Positions 16,650 to 26,259 of a stretch of DNA of 64,000 nt are shown here, piece after piece. Origin of the DNA: Candidatus Nitrospinota bacterium M3_3B_026 (lineage in GTDB: Bacteria > Nitrospinota_A > UBA7883 > JBPRGF01). Position 1 is the stretch's first letter. Every line of letters starts with the position of its first letter. The translations under genes were made by a program, and so were the position numbers. The DNA lies in the NCBI GenBank assembly GCA_051418015.1, contig JBPRGF010000023.1:128001-192000 (forward strand), written 5' to 3'. The notes under the pieces were generated by a model that had not been told where the DNA came from, ran no database searches, and saw nothing but the letters and a program-made list of their open reading frames with translations.

Positions 16650-17474
16650 TCACCGGAGGGCGTCGTGGTCCATATGGGCTCCAAGCTCTTCGCTCATGAT
16701 TTTTTTCACTTCTTCAAACTCCGCGGTCAGTTCGCCGAGCTTTTCATCGAGGTTCTCCACGCCGCCTGCTCCCGCGGCGGCCTCTATCGCCCTGGCTATC
16801 CCGCGCATCTTCTCCGCGCCGAACTGCCCGGCCATTCCTTTCACGGTGTGCGCCCCGATGTGGAGCGTCTGCGCGTCCTTTTCCGCCAGGGCTCTTTTCA
16901 TGCTCTCCAGGCGTTCACGCACAACCCGGAAAAAAGTCCTGGCGAAGATGGCCGTCTCCTCCCTGTTTCCGCCCGTTATATCGTCGATGATCGCAAGGTC
17001 ATAGGGTCTGCTTTCGCCCTTCTCCGTTGCGCTCGCGGGGGAAGGGGGTTTTTTCAACGCCGCTCCTTCTTTCGATATGCCGTCCAGTGTTTTCAGGAGT
17101 TTTTTGACGTCTATCGGTTTGGTGATGAACCCGTCCATCCCCGCGGACTCGCACCTCGTTTTGTATTCATCCAGCGCATACGCCGTGACGGCCAGGATGA
17201 CGCAGCGCCCCCCGGAGCTTTTTTCCCTGTCCCGTATGATGCGCGCCGCCTCCAGCCCGTCCATCTCCGGCATCTGAAGGTCCATCAGGATGATGTCGAA
17301 CCCGCCCTTATCCCACGCGCGGACGGCCTCTTTTCCGTTGCGCGCGATGGTGACGGAGTGGCCGCGGCTTTCCAGGATGGTCTGGAGCAGGTCCTGGGTT
17401 ATCGTGTTGTCCTCGGCCACCAGGATTTCAAGACGGCCGGAGTCCTTTTCGCTCTTGTAGTCTTTCCCACTCAT
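16650..17474 (-). CDS. receiver (REC) + Hpt domain protein
   Basis: ILVAEDN, ILMDLQMPEMDG, AVTA, FITKP; Hpt motif AHTVKG. Confidence 0.88.
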   Translation of the reverse strand: MSGKDYKSEKDSGRLEILVAEDNTITQDLLQTILESRGHSVTIARNGKEAVRAWDKGGFDIILMDLQMPEMDGLEAARIIRDREKSSGGRCVILAVTAYALDEYKTRCESAGMDGFITKPIDVKKLLKTLDGISKEGAALKKPPSPASATEKGESRPYDLAIIDDITGGNREETAIFARTFFRVVRERLESMKRALAEKDAQTLHIGAHTVKGMAGQFGAEKMRGIARAIEAAAGAGGVENLDEKLGELTAEFEEVKKIMSEELGAHMDHDALR

Positions 17475-17591
17475 ACGGATCAACCGCCCGGCGCTGCGAG
17501 TTCCGGGCCTGTTTTGCATAGACGCGCGGGTTTTTAATATTATAGCGTGACATCATTTTCAATGCAGGCGAAAAAGGCCCCCAGGCAGCCC

Positions 17592-18446
17592 ATGAACGCG
17601 GAAAACACGGATCCGGCCCTGAAAAGCGTCCTCATCACGGGATGCTCCAGCGGGATAGGGCTGTGCTGCGCCCTGGGGCTTGCCGAGCGGGGCTGGCGCG
17701 TCTTCGCGACGGCGCGGGCCCGGGAGGACGTCGAGGCGCTGACGGCGCGGGGGCTGGAAAGCCGCCGGCTGGACCTTGCGGATCCGCCGTCCATCAGGGA
17801 GACAGCGCAATGGGCCCTGGAGGAAACCGGCGGCGGCCTTTACGCCCTGTTCAACAACGGCGCCTACGGCCAGCCGGGAGCGGTGGAGGACCTTTCCCGC
17901 GAGGCGATCCGGGAGCAGTTCGAGGTGAACCTTTTCGGGACGATGGAGCTTGCCAACCTGCTGATCCCGGCGATGCGCTCGCGCGGGCGGGGCAGGATCG
18001 TCCAGAACAGCTCCGTGCTGGGGCTGGTCTCCGCCCCGTTCCGGGGGGCGTACAACGCAAGCAAGTTCGCCCTCGAGGGGCTCACCGACGCCATGCGGAT
18101 CGAGCTTAAGGGCAGCGGCATCCATGTCTCGATCATCGAGCCCGGCCCGATCCGCACGAAATTCCGCGACAACGCCTACAATGCCTTCAAGAGGAACATA
18201 GACCCGGAAAAGAGCTTCCACCGCGAAACGTACGAGGCCATGGAGCGCCGCCTGACGAAGGAGGGGCCGGCGGCGCGGTTCACACTCGGCCCGGAGGCGG
18301 TCTTGAAAAAGCTGGTGCACTCCCTGGAGAGCCGCAGGCCGAAGGCGCGGTATTACGTGACCGTCCAGACCCACGCCGCGGGTTTTCTCAGGCGCGTCCT
18401 GCCTTACTGGATGATGGACAGGCTTCTCTCCGCTGGGGGCGGCTGA
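17592..18446 (+). CDS. short-chain dehydrogenase/reductase (YbbO-like)
   Basis: TGCSSGIG, NNGA, YNASK, EPGPI. Confidence 0.92.
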   Translation: MNAENTDPALKSVLITGCSSGIGLCCALGLAERGWRVFATARAREDVEALTARGLESRRLDLADPPSIRETAQWALEETGGGLYALFNNGAYGQPGAVEDLSREAIREQFEVNLFGTMELANLLIPAMRSRGRGRIVQNSSVLGLVSAPFRGAYNASKFALEGLTDAMRIELKGSGIHVSIIEPGPIRTKFRDNAYNAFKRNIDPEKSFHRETYEAMERRLTKEGPAARFTLGPEAVLKKLVHSLESRRPKARYYVTVQTHAAGFLRRVLPYWMMDRLLSAGGG

Positions 18447-18514
18447 GGCGAAAGACCCTTTGTGACCCTGCCGGCGCTCAGCGTCTGCCTGCCGGACAAA
18501 CAGGACGATTTACT

Positions 18515-18600
18515 AGATCCCCCCCCTGAAGGGGGATAAAGGTGGGGGATATTTGTTTTACCCCCCTTCCCTTAAGCCCCCTCCCGCCGGGGGAGAGGAT
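18515..18600. repeat. C-run/G-run hairpin repeat (family B)
   Basis: CCCCCTGAAGGGGG and CCCCCTCCCGCCGGGGGAGAGG between convergent genes. Confidence 0.6.
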
Positions 18601-18626
18601 GGTGTTGGCCGCCGCGGGGGCGCGCG

Positions 18627-19406
18627 CTACCTGCCCATCCCCTCCTGCCCTTCCATCATCATCTCGCTGAAGCTTGTCTTTTTATAGCCCGAGGGTATCT
18701 TGAACTCCGAGGCGGGGATGTCGGCCTTCTTTATGCTGACGACTTCCGTGACCGTCTCGCCTTCGACAACCTCCCGCAGGGGGAATCCCTCCCTCCCCAT
18801 TTTCATGTACTCCGGCGAGAGCTCGGGCGACACGCCGCCGCCCATGCCCATCGACGCGCACTCTTCCATCTTCGTCGACATAACGAAGAGTTTTTCGCTT
18901 TCCGCTCCCAGCTCTTTCATAAGCTTCGGGTCTTTCGTGATCCAGACCTCGGCGTAAGGGGCGCCGTTGGATGTCACCTTGTACTTTATGGTGTCGAACC
19001 CGGCGACCTTGCCGCCGCTTCCCTGTTTCGTGACCTTCACCACCGGCGCGGCCTCCCCGCCCTGGGACTCTCTCATCTGCTCCATCATCTTGCGGGCCTC
19101 GGGCGGCATACCCTTCATCATCTCGTCCATCATCTTCTTCGAGTCGGCGCAGAACTCCTCGGGCGTTCCGCCTATGTAGGATCTCCTTTTGTGGTCGATG
19201 ATGTTCATCACGCCCTTGTTGAGGTCCATTACCATCGTGGTCTCACCCCCCTCCTTGGGGACGCCTTTGAACATGCCCGAGGATATGTACGTCTTGTCTC
19301 CATCGCTGTCCTCGATGATCCATCCGGCCCAGGCGGGGACGGCGGCGAGAACCGCCATGGCCGTCAGGACAAAAAACCATTTCGCCGTGATAACGGTGTC
19401 ATTCAT
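18627..19406 (-). CDS. secreted protein, DUF4412-like
   Basis: Signal peptide ending AWA; KVAGFDTIKY, EVWIT, GFPL, IPASEFKIPSGYKK. Confidence 0.75.
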   Translation of the reverse strand: MNDTVITAKWFFVLTAMAVLAAVPAWAGWIIEDSDGDKTYISSGMFKGVPKEGGETTMVMDLNKGVMNIIDHKRRSYIGGTPEEFCADSKKMMDEMMKGMPPEARKMMEQMRESQGGEAAPVVKVTKQGSGGKVAGFDTIKYKVTSNGAPYAEVWITKDPKLMKELGAESEKLFVMSTKMEECASMGMGGGVSPELSPEYMKMGREGFPLREVVEGETVTEVVSIKKADIPASEFKIPSGYKKTSFSEMMMEGQEGMGR

Positions 19407-19646
19407 GTTCGCTCTCCTTCAAAAATAGGCGCCGCCGCGTATGCTCCGCGAAAATCCGAGTATACCAAGAATACCACCTCACACCCAGGGCGGCCCGGCG
19501 GCTTCCTCCGCAGCCCGGGTTGACACCCGGCCCGGGCGGTCTTATCTTTGTGACGCCATTGGGGTATAATGAGTTTTGGACAACTGGGCCCGGTGTTTAA
19601 TTGTTTGAATATCCGGGCTTTTGCAAGAGAGGAGACAGGGAAACAG

Positions 19647-20492
19647 ATGAACGCTATTAAAACTACGCTGCTTCTGGGCGCGCTGACGCTCATTTTGATA
19701 TACGGCGGCGCCGCCCTCGGCGGCCGGGCCGGGATGATGATTGCCTTCGTTTTCGCCGTGGTCATGAACTTCGGGACCTACTTTTTCAGCGACAAGATCG
19801 TTTTGAAGATGTACCGGGCGCAGCCTATCAGCGAAAGCGAGGCGCCGTGGCTGCATCAGATAGTCCGCCAGCTTTCACAAAAGGCGGGGATACCCATGCC
19901 CAAGGTCTACATGATCCCGACCGATCAGCCCAACGCCTTCGCCACGGGGCGAAACCCGAGCCACGCCGTCGTGGCGGTGACTCAGGGGATAACGCGGGTT
20001 CTGGACCGCGACGAGCTGGCCGGAGTGCTGGCCCACGAGATCGCCCACGTCAAGAACAGGGACATACTGATCGGCACGATCGCCGCGACGATCGCCGGGG
20101 CCGTGAGCATGTTGGCGAGCATGGCGCAGTGGGCGCTGATCTTCGGCGGCGGCAGACGCAACGGCGAGGGCGGAAACCCCTTCGTGATGCTTGTGATGAT
20201 GATCCTGGCGCCTATCGCGGCGATGCTGGTTCAGATGGCGGTTTCCAGGACGCGCGAGTACCAGGCCGACAGGACCGGGGCGGAGCTTATGGGCGCGCCG
20301 GAGCCGCTGGCCAACGCCCTTGCCAAGCTCCACGACGCCTCCCAGCGCATCCCGATGAAAGCTGAGCCCGCCACGGCTCACATGTTCATCGTCAGCCCGC
20401 TGAGCGGGAAAGACATGGCCTCGCTCTTCTCCACCCATCCCCCGATGCAGAAGAGGATAGACGCCCTGCTGGAGATGCGGCGGGGAGGGTGA
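19647..20492 (+). CDS. htpX: zinc metalloprotease HtpX
   Basis: [37 protein letters not shown]-17-TATCTT upstream (19520-19548). Confidence 0.96.
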   Translation: MNAIKTTLLLGALTLILIYGGAALGGRAGMMIAFVFAVVMNFGTYFFSDKIVLKMYRAQPISESEAPWLHQIVRQLSQKAGIPMPKVYMIPTDQPNAFATGRNPSHAVVAVTQGITRVLDRDELAGVLAHEIAHVKNRDILIGTIAATIAGAVSMLASMAQWALIFGGGRRNGEGGNPFVMLVMMILAPIAAMLVQMAVSRTREYQADRTGAELMGAPEPLANALAKLHDASQRIPMKAEPATAHMFIVSPLSGKDMASLFSTHPPMQKRIDALLEMRRGG

Positions 20493-20496
20493 AAAC

Positions 20497-21192
20497 GTGG
20501 CTCCGTCTGAAAGTAAAAGCCAAAAAAACATTAATGAACTTATCAAGAAATGGAACGGATGGATCAAGGATATAGAAAAAGACCTTACTGAACTACTTTT
20601 GAGCCGTCATTATTACCAAGAGCTTGGAGAGATAGTAAAATCCAATTCAAAGCTCAAAGCCGATCCAGCTAATTTCCATAAATGGATTGTTAAAAATTAT
20701 GGAATCTCGATAGCTGTGGGGATAAGACGCCAGATTGACAGCGACTCCCGTAGCATATCGTTAAAAAACTTCTTGCAGGATGTTAAGAAAAATTTATACT
20801 GTATCACCAGAGACCAGTTTCTGATAGGAAATAAAGCCAATCAAAGATCAAATGATAAAATTAGGAATAGATACTTTGACAAGCTAGCGGGCAAAGGCAA
20901 AAAGTTTGTTGACTCGGATATTATCCAGAAGGATTTATGCGCTCTTTCTGAAAAAAGCAAGATTATTCGAAAATTCGTCAATAAAAAAGTAGCTCATTTA
21001 GACAGAGGACACGCCAAGCTAAAAAATCTTCCAACTTATGATGACTTGGATGATACTCTCGACTTAATGGAAAAAACATTTAATAAATATCGAACGCTTA
21101 TACAATATAGAAGCTATGAGTTAACTCCTGTCGTAATCAACGACTGGAAACGAATATTTACATATCCTTGGATAACTCCTGATCCGATCTAA
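20497..21192 (+). CDS. AT-rich helical protein, HEPN/AbiU2-like
   Basis: Sharply AT-rich versus flanks; IRRQID...SISL and IRKFVNKKVAHLD resemble AbiU2-type HEPN (canonical RxxxxxH is VNKKVAH here). Confidence 0.6.
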   Translation: MAPSESKSQKNINELIKKWNGWIKDIEKDLTELLLSRHYYQELGEIVKSNSKLKADPANFHKWIVKNYGISIAVGIRRQIDSDSRSISLKNFLQDVKKNLYCITRDQFLIGNKANQRSNDKIRNRYFDKLAGKGKKFVDSDIIQKDLCALSEKSKIIRKFVNKKVAHLDRGHAKLKNLPTYDDLDDTLDLMEKTFNKYRTLIQYRSYELTPVVINDWKRIFTYPWITPDPI

Positions 21193-21227
21193 AGCTCCTC
21201 GCCGGAGAAGACGCGAAGCCTACCCAA
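21189..21227 (-). pseudogene. hicA: truncated hicA toxin (first 12 codons)
   Basis: GGAGG, then TTG overlapping the hicB end; reads MGRLRVFSGEEL-stop, a typical HicA N-terminus. Confidence 0.7.
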
Positions 21228-21447
21228 TAGAGACCTCCAGGCTGGTCACGAAAACTTCCTCATGCAACCTTTCCTTGATCTCGCCGGATGAGGCGGTCTC
21301 GAAGAACAACTCCAGCGCTTCTTTCAGGTTGTCCCGCGCCGCCTCCGCTGTGTCCCCCTGGCTGGCTATGTCCACCTCCGGGCAGAGCGCCACGTAGCCG
21401 CCGCCTTCCCTCTCGATAACCGCCGTGAGCTTGTGAGTCTTTTTCAT
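21220..21447 (-). CDS. hicB: HicB-family antitoxin (short form)
   Basis: LTAVIEREGGGYVALCPEVDIASQGDTAEAARDNLKEALELF. Confidence 0.92.
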   Translation of the reverse strand: MKKTHKLTAVIEREGGGYVALCPEVDIASQGDTAEAARDNLKEALELFFETASSGEIKERLHEEVFVTSLEVSIG

Positions 21448-21489
21448 TTCGTCTCCAGCATGGCTTTAGGAAAATTATAACACGCGCCA

Positions 21490-22737
21490 TCACCCCAATA
21501 TCCCCACAATGGCCCCGGTCATGCACGTGGCGATGGTTCCCGATACCATCGACTTCAGCCCCAGCGCGACGATCTCGTCCCGCCGCTCCGGCGCCATCGC
21601 GCCGAGTCCGCCGAGCATGATGCCGAGCGACCCGAAGTTGGCGAACCCGCACATGGCGTAGGTCATGATAAGCTCGCTTCGCGGCGACAGGGCGCCCTCG
21701 GGCAGTTTCGCCATCTCGAGGTAGGCCAGAAACTCGTTTAAAACAGTCTTGATCCCCATCAGCGACCCGGCCGTCACGGCCTCGCTCCACGGCACGCCCA
21801 TCAGGAACGTGACCGGCGCCATGATATAGCCCAGAAGCTTCTGAAGTGTGACAGGCCCATCGCCAGCCGCCGGAAGCAGCCCCAGAATCTGGTTCACCAG
21901 GCTCACCAGCGCCACGAGGACGACCAGCATCGCGATGATGTTGATGAGAAGGTCTATCCCGTCCATCGTCCCCTTCGTCACGGCGTCCATCGACGACGAC
22001 GTCTTCCTCGGCGGGACGATCTCCCCGGCGGTGTGCTTCCGGCCCGGCTCGGGGATCATTATCATCGCCACGGTGATCGCCGCCGGGGCGCTGATGACCG
22101 ACGCGGCGAGGATATGCCCCATCGCGTCCGGCAGGACAGGGGTCAGTATGCTGGCGTAGAGGACCATCATCGTCCCGGCGATGGTGGCCATCCCGCAGGT
22201 CATTATGATGAAAAGCTCGCCCCGCGTCACCTCCTTAAGGTACGGCCGGATGAAAAGAGGCGCCTCCACCATCCCAACGAAGATGTTCGCCGCCGCGCCA
22301 AGGCCCGTGGCGCCGCCGATGCCCATCGTCCTGCTCAGCGCCCAGGCGAAGCCTTTTACGATCACCGGCAGGACACGCCAGTGGAAAAGCAGCGCCGACA
22401 GCGCGCTGACCACCAGCACCAGCGGCAGGCCGCGAAACGCCAGGATGAACGAGGAGCCGGGCGATTTTTCCTCGAAGGGGAGTTCGCCGCCGCCGAGGTA
22501 TCCGAAGACGAAGGACGTCCCCGCCGTGGTGGCCCCCTCCAGCGCCTGGACGGCGCGGGTGAGGTAAAAGAAAAGCTCCTTGACGTAGGGCGCCTTCAGC
22601 AGGACGACGGCCAGGGCGAACTGGACCGCAAGCCCGGCGACGGCCGTTTTTACGCGGACGCCGCGCCTGTCCTCGCTTATCGCCCAGGCAAGCCCCGCCA
22701 GGACGAAAAGCCCCATCACGCTCTGAAACGCCATCAT
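21490..22737 (-). CDS. nupC: CNT/NupC-family nucleoside:cation symporter
   Basis: GTSFVFG, AANIFVGMVEAP, GMATIAG, KTVLNEFLAY, MCGFANFGSLGI. Confidence 0.92.
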   Translation of the reverse strand: MMAFQSVMGLFVLAGLAWAISEDRRGVRVKTAVAGLAVQFALAVVLLKAPYVKELFFYLTRAVQALEGATTAGTSFVFGYLGGGELPFEEKSPGSSFILAFRGLPLVLVVSALSALLFHWRVLPVIVKGFAWALSRTMGIGGATGLGAAANIFVGMVEAPLFIRPYLKEVTRGELFIIMTCGMATIAGTMMVLYASILTPVLPDAMGHILAASVISAPAAITVAMIMIPEPGRKHTAGEIVPPRKTSSSMDAVTKGTMDGIDLLINIIAMLVVLVALVSLVNQILGLLPAAGDGPVTLQKLLGYIMAPVTFLMGVPWSEAVTAGSLMGIKTVLNEFLAYLEMAKLPEGALSPRSELIMTYAMCGFANFGSLGIMLGGLGAMAPERRDEIVALGLKSMVSGTIATCMTGAIVGILG

Positions 22738-22809
22738 CTCTCCCGTATTAAAAGAGAATCAGCGCCCGATTATAACCGATGAGGCGCTAAACGAAAGGGG
22801 GCAGAGGCT

Positions 22810-23451
22810 TCACGGGCGCCGCTCCGGCTCGATCAAGGCCGCCATGAATCCGCCGAAAGGGAAGGCGTTCCCCATGAGCTTCTCCGCCATCCGCGCGTGA
22901 AAGCCCCCGGAAGGGTCATGGATGGCGTAGCGGAACGTCAGCTTGAAATCACCTTCGGTTCGCGCAAGCCACGATTTCACATCCTCCGCCGTGTCCCATC
23001 GCGCCCCGGCGTAGCCGCCCCCGCCGCGTTTCCTGCAATACAGCAGGCTCCGCCTGTTCAAAAGCCCCAGCAGAACGCGCCCTCTCGCCACGCGGAGTGC
23101 CTCCCGCAGGGCGGCCGCGGGGTCGGCCACGAAACACAGGCTCGTCACGGCGGCAACGTGGTCGAAAGACCCGTCGCCGAATGGCAGGGCTCGGGCATCG
23201 GCGAGGACGTACCGCGGGCCTCCTCCCTTTCCCTTCGCGAAAGCGATGGAATCGGCGTCGATATCAGCCCCCGTCACCCGGAGCCCCTTCGCCGCCAGGA
23301 GACGGGTGAAATATCCCGTCCCGCAGCCTGCGTCCAGGACGCTGTCGCCGGGCGCGGCGCTCAGCAGGTCGTCGATCAGGCGGAACTCAGCTTCCCCTAT
23401 CCAGCGTCCTCGCGGCGTGTGATACCACGCCTCGTAGTCCTCCGGCCTCAT
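22810..23451 (-). CDS. class I SAM-dependent methyltransferase
   Basis: YEAWYHTPRG, VLDAGCGTG, LPFGDGSFD. Confidence 0.9.
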   Translation of the reverse strand: MRPEDYEAWYHTPRGRWIGEAEFRLIDDLLSAAPGDSVLDAGCGTGYFTRLLAAKGLRVTGADIDADSIAFAKGKGGGPRYVLADARALPFGDGSFDHVAAVTSLCFVADPAAALREALRVARGRVLLGLLNRRSLLYCRKRGGGGYAGARWDTAEDVKSWLARTEGDFKLTFRYAIHDPSGGFHARMAEKLMGNAFPFGGFMAALIEPERRP

Positions 23452-23573
23452 TCGTCGCGGCCCTCCATGCAGGACATTGCCTTCCAGCGTGAAACAAAGT
23501 AAATTAATAATGGGTTTACACAAGGCCATTCTAGCCGCTCGCTCAAGTGTCCCGGAAAGGTTTTTCAGGCAGG

Positions 23574-24257
23574 ATGAAGACAGGATCGTTCAAGGACAAG
23601 CTTTTCGGCCAGTTCGCCATCGTCGGCAAGGCCCTATCCAACGCGAACCGGCTGGAGCTTCTCGAGCTTCTGGCCCAGGGCGAGCGCAGCGTGGAGCCCC
23701 TGGCGAAGGCGGCGGGCCTTTCCATGGCCAACGCCTCCCAGCATCTTCAGATACTGCGCCAGGCGGGCCTTGTGACGGCCAGGAAAAAGGGCCAGCACGT
23801 CTTCTACAGCATCCCCGACGACAACGTGGTGGCGCTTTTCGAGCTTTTGCGCAAGATCGCGGAGAAAAACCTGGCCGAGGTGGACAGGCTGATACAGTCC
23901 TACCTGAAGGTGAAAGACGATCTGGAGCCCGTCTGCGCGAACGAGCTTCTGGAACGCGCCGGGGAGGGGCTGGTGACCGTCCTCGACGTGCGGCCGGAGG
24001 AAGAGTACGCCGCCGGGCGTCTGCCGGGCGCCGTGAACGTGCCCCTGAAAGACCTCGAAAAATACATGGACAGGCTCGACAAGCGCAAGGAGGTCATAGC
24101 GTACTGCCGCGGGCCGTATTGCGTGCTGGCTTTCGAGGCCGTCGAGAAGCTGCGAAAAAAGGGATTCAAGGCCAGGCGGCTGGAATACGGGGCTCCGGAG
24201 TGGAAAAAGGAGGGCCGCCCGATGGAGACGGGCGCCAAGAAAGCCTCCAAGGATTGA
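23574..24257 (+). CDS. ArsR/SmtB regulator fused to rhodanese
   Basis: RLELLELLAQGERSVE, ANASQHLQIL; DVRP...EY...LPGA, YCRGPYC. Confidence 0.92.
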   Translation: MKTGSFKDKLFGQFAIVGKALSNANRLELLELLAQGERSVEPLAKAAGLSMANASQHLQILRQAGLVTARKKGQHVFYSIPDDNVVALFELLRKIAEKNLAEVDRLIQSYLKVKDDLEPVCANELLERAGEGLVTVLDVRPEEEYAAGRLPGAVNVPLKDLEKYMDRLDKRKEVIAYCRGPYCVLAFEAVEKLRKKGFKARRLEYGAPEWKKEGRPMETGAKKASKD

Positions 24258-24266
24258 GAGGTCCTC

Positions 24267-25148
24267 TTACAGCGAAAGCCGCCTGAAAATATCCAGGCAC
24301 GCCTCGGCCCTGTTCAGGGTGTAAAGATGAACCCCCGGCGCGCCGCCTTCCAGCAAGCGCTTCGCCTGCTCGCTCGCCGTCTCGACACCGGCCTCCAGCA
24401 CGGCCTTTTCGCCGCCGTCTCTTTCCGCCGCCTCCAGCCTGCCGAGAAGGTCCTTCGGGATGCTGGCCCCGCACATGGAGGTTATCTTTTTTATGAGCTT
24501 CAGGCTGAATATCGGCATCACGCCGGGGATTACGGGCTTTTCGATCCCGGCCTTTTTGAGCTTGTCCAAAAAACTCCAGTAAAGGCCGTTGTCGAAAAAG
24601 AGCTGGGTGATGGCGAAGTCAGCGCCGAGGTCGAGCTTATGCTTCAGGCAGCGCAGGTCGTCCTCGGCGGACACGGCCTCCTGGTGGACCTCCGGGTATG
24701 CCGCCACGCCGACGCCCATTTGGGGGTATCTCTCCTTTATGAACTCCACGAGGTCCGAGGCGTGCTTGAACCTCGCGTCCCCGGGGATGAAGTTTTCCTT
24801 CCCCTCCGGCGGATCGCCGCGCAGGGCGAGGACATTGTCGATTCCCGCCTCGGCAAGGCCTCCCAGGAAACCGTCGAGCCTCTCCCCGGAGGCGCCCACG
24901 CAGGTCAGGTGCGCCATCGGCTCCAGGCCGCTCTCTTTTTTGAGGCGGGTGACGATCTCCAGCGTCTTCGCCTGCGTCCCGCCGCCCGCGCCGTAGGTGA
25001 CGGACACGAACAGGGGGTTCGTCTCCTTGAGCCTTTCCACGGCCTTGAAAAAGGCCGGCAGCGCACTGCTCTCCTTCGGCGGGAAAAACTCCAGCGACAG
25101 GAATTTCCCCGGCCTATCCAGAAGCTCTTTTATCCGCAAACTCTCCAC
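24267..25148 (-). CDS. metF: 5,10-methylenetetrahydrofolate reductase
   Basis: SLEFFPPK, SVTYGAGG, AHLTC, LALRGDPP, YPEVH, ITQLFF, HLYTLN (start may be TTG at 25139). Confidence 0.96.
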   Translation of the reverse strand: MESLRIKELLDRPGKFLSLEFFPPKESSALPAFFKAVERLKETNPLFVSVTYGAGGGTQAKTLEIVTRLKKESGLEPMAHLTCVGASGERLDGFLGGLAEAGIDNVLALRGDPPEGKENFIPGDARFKHASDLVEFIKERYPQMGVGVAAYPEVHQEAVSAEDDLRCLKHKLDLGADFAITQLFFDNGLYWSFLDKLKKAGIEKPVIPGVMPIFSLKLIKKITSMCGASIPKDLLGRLEAAERDGGEKAVLEAGVETASEQAKRLLEGGAPGVHLYTLNRAEACLDIFRRLSL

Positions 25149-25267
25149 TCCAATCTAAAATACGCGAAGGTTCGACATTTTAATGCCGTCCCGCCCCCGA
25201 TTTCAAATCGGACTCCCGCCCCGGCGGGGGTAGAATGTAACCAGCGACAACGATCCGGTTTCAGGCA

Positions 25268-26248
25268 ATGAGAGGGAAGATAGCGCACTCGGTGGTGGCC
25301 GTGACCGGCCCCAGGGACTGGCGGACGGGGGACATAGCGTTAAAACCCACCAAAAGCGCCCCCGGTTACGAGGCGTATTTCCCCACCTACAAGCTGCTCG
25401 GCGAAAGAGAAGGAACGGCGCCATCCGGCCGGCGGTTCGACGTGACCGTCAAGGGGTTCCGTGGGGCTTACGTCATCGTGGAGGCGCGGGCGGAGTTCGA
25501 CAGCGGCGAGGCGAAAGAGATTCTCGCGGCGAAAGACGAGCTGAACGAGGAGGCCGCCAGGGTGGCCGGGGAGTTTTCCGATTTGCGCATGGCGGAGGAG
25601 TACACCTTCTACCTGGTGGCCGACTACGGTGACCCGGAGTCCTTCGTCCGGGAGAACAGGCTCATGATCGCCCAGATGCTCAAGGACGACGCCCTGGAGC
25701 TGACGGACACGGAGATAGAGCAGACCCTCTCGAGCTCCATCAGGTACGCCAGGGACGACATGACGGTCATCGAGTGGGACGGCGCGCTGCTTCTGGACAA
25801 GGAAAGCGACTTCGAGGACAACATGACCCTCATCGAGCTTGCCAACATTCAGCTTCTCGCCCTGAGGGCCCTGGACGACAGGCTCACAAGGGAGATCGGG
25901 CTGTTCAAGGGTTTTGGCGATTTCAGGACTCCGAACATCTTCCGGCTGTCTCGTTTCTTGCGGTCGATAATAAACGCGCGCTCCAGGAGCCTGCTGGACC
26001 TTGACGAGATCGACAACTCCATAAAGCTCTACGGTGACTGGTACTCCGCCAAGCTCTACTCCGCCGCCGCGAAAAAGCTGTACCTGACAAGCTGGCGGGA
26101 GGCGGTGGAGGAAAAGCTTGAGCTTCTGGAGAAGATGTTCGAGATGGTCAACCAGCGGCAGGGGGAGATATACAACGTCACGCTGGAGGTCTCCATTGTG
26201 CTGCTTATCGCGCTGGAGATAGTCCTGATCGTCTACGGGGTGGGCTGA
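25268..26248 (+). CDS. hypothetical protein with C-terminal TM helix (RMD1/DUF155-like)
   Basis: IELANIQLL...LDD, GDWYSAKLY, WR...KL, terminal LEVSIVLLIALEI. Confidence 0.6.
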   Translation: MRGKIAHSVVAVTGPRDWRTGDIALKPTKSAPGYEAYFPTYKLLGEREGTAPSGRRFDVTVKGFRGAYVIVEARAEFDSGEAKEILAAKDELNEEAARVAGEFSDLRMAEEYTFYLVADYGDPESFVRENRLMIAQMLKDDALELTDTEIEQTLSSSIRYARDDMTVIEWDGALLLDKESDFEDNMTLIELANIQLLALRALDDRLTREIGLFKGFGDFRTPNIFRLSRFLRSIINARSRSLLDLDEIDNSIKLYGDWYSAKLYSAAAKKLYLTSWREAVEEKLELLEKMFEMVNQRQGEIYNVTLEVSIVLLIALEIVLIVYGVG

Positions 26249-26259
26249 GCGCGCGCAGG

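Noticed and set aside
20490..21230. Integron cassette or IS origin of the AT-rich gene
   Set aside because: No attC inverse core (RYYYAAC), terminal inverted repeats, target duplication or integrase visible.
25149..25267. SAM riboswitch upstream of metF
   Set aside because: The short divergent intergenic region lacks SAM-I/II core motifs.
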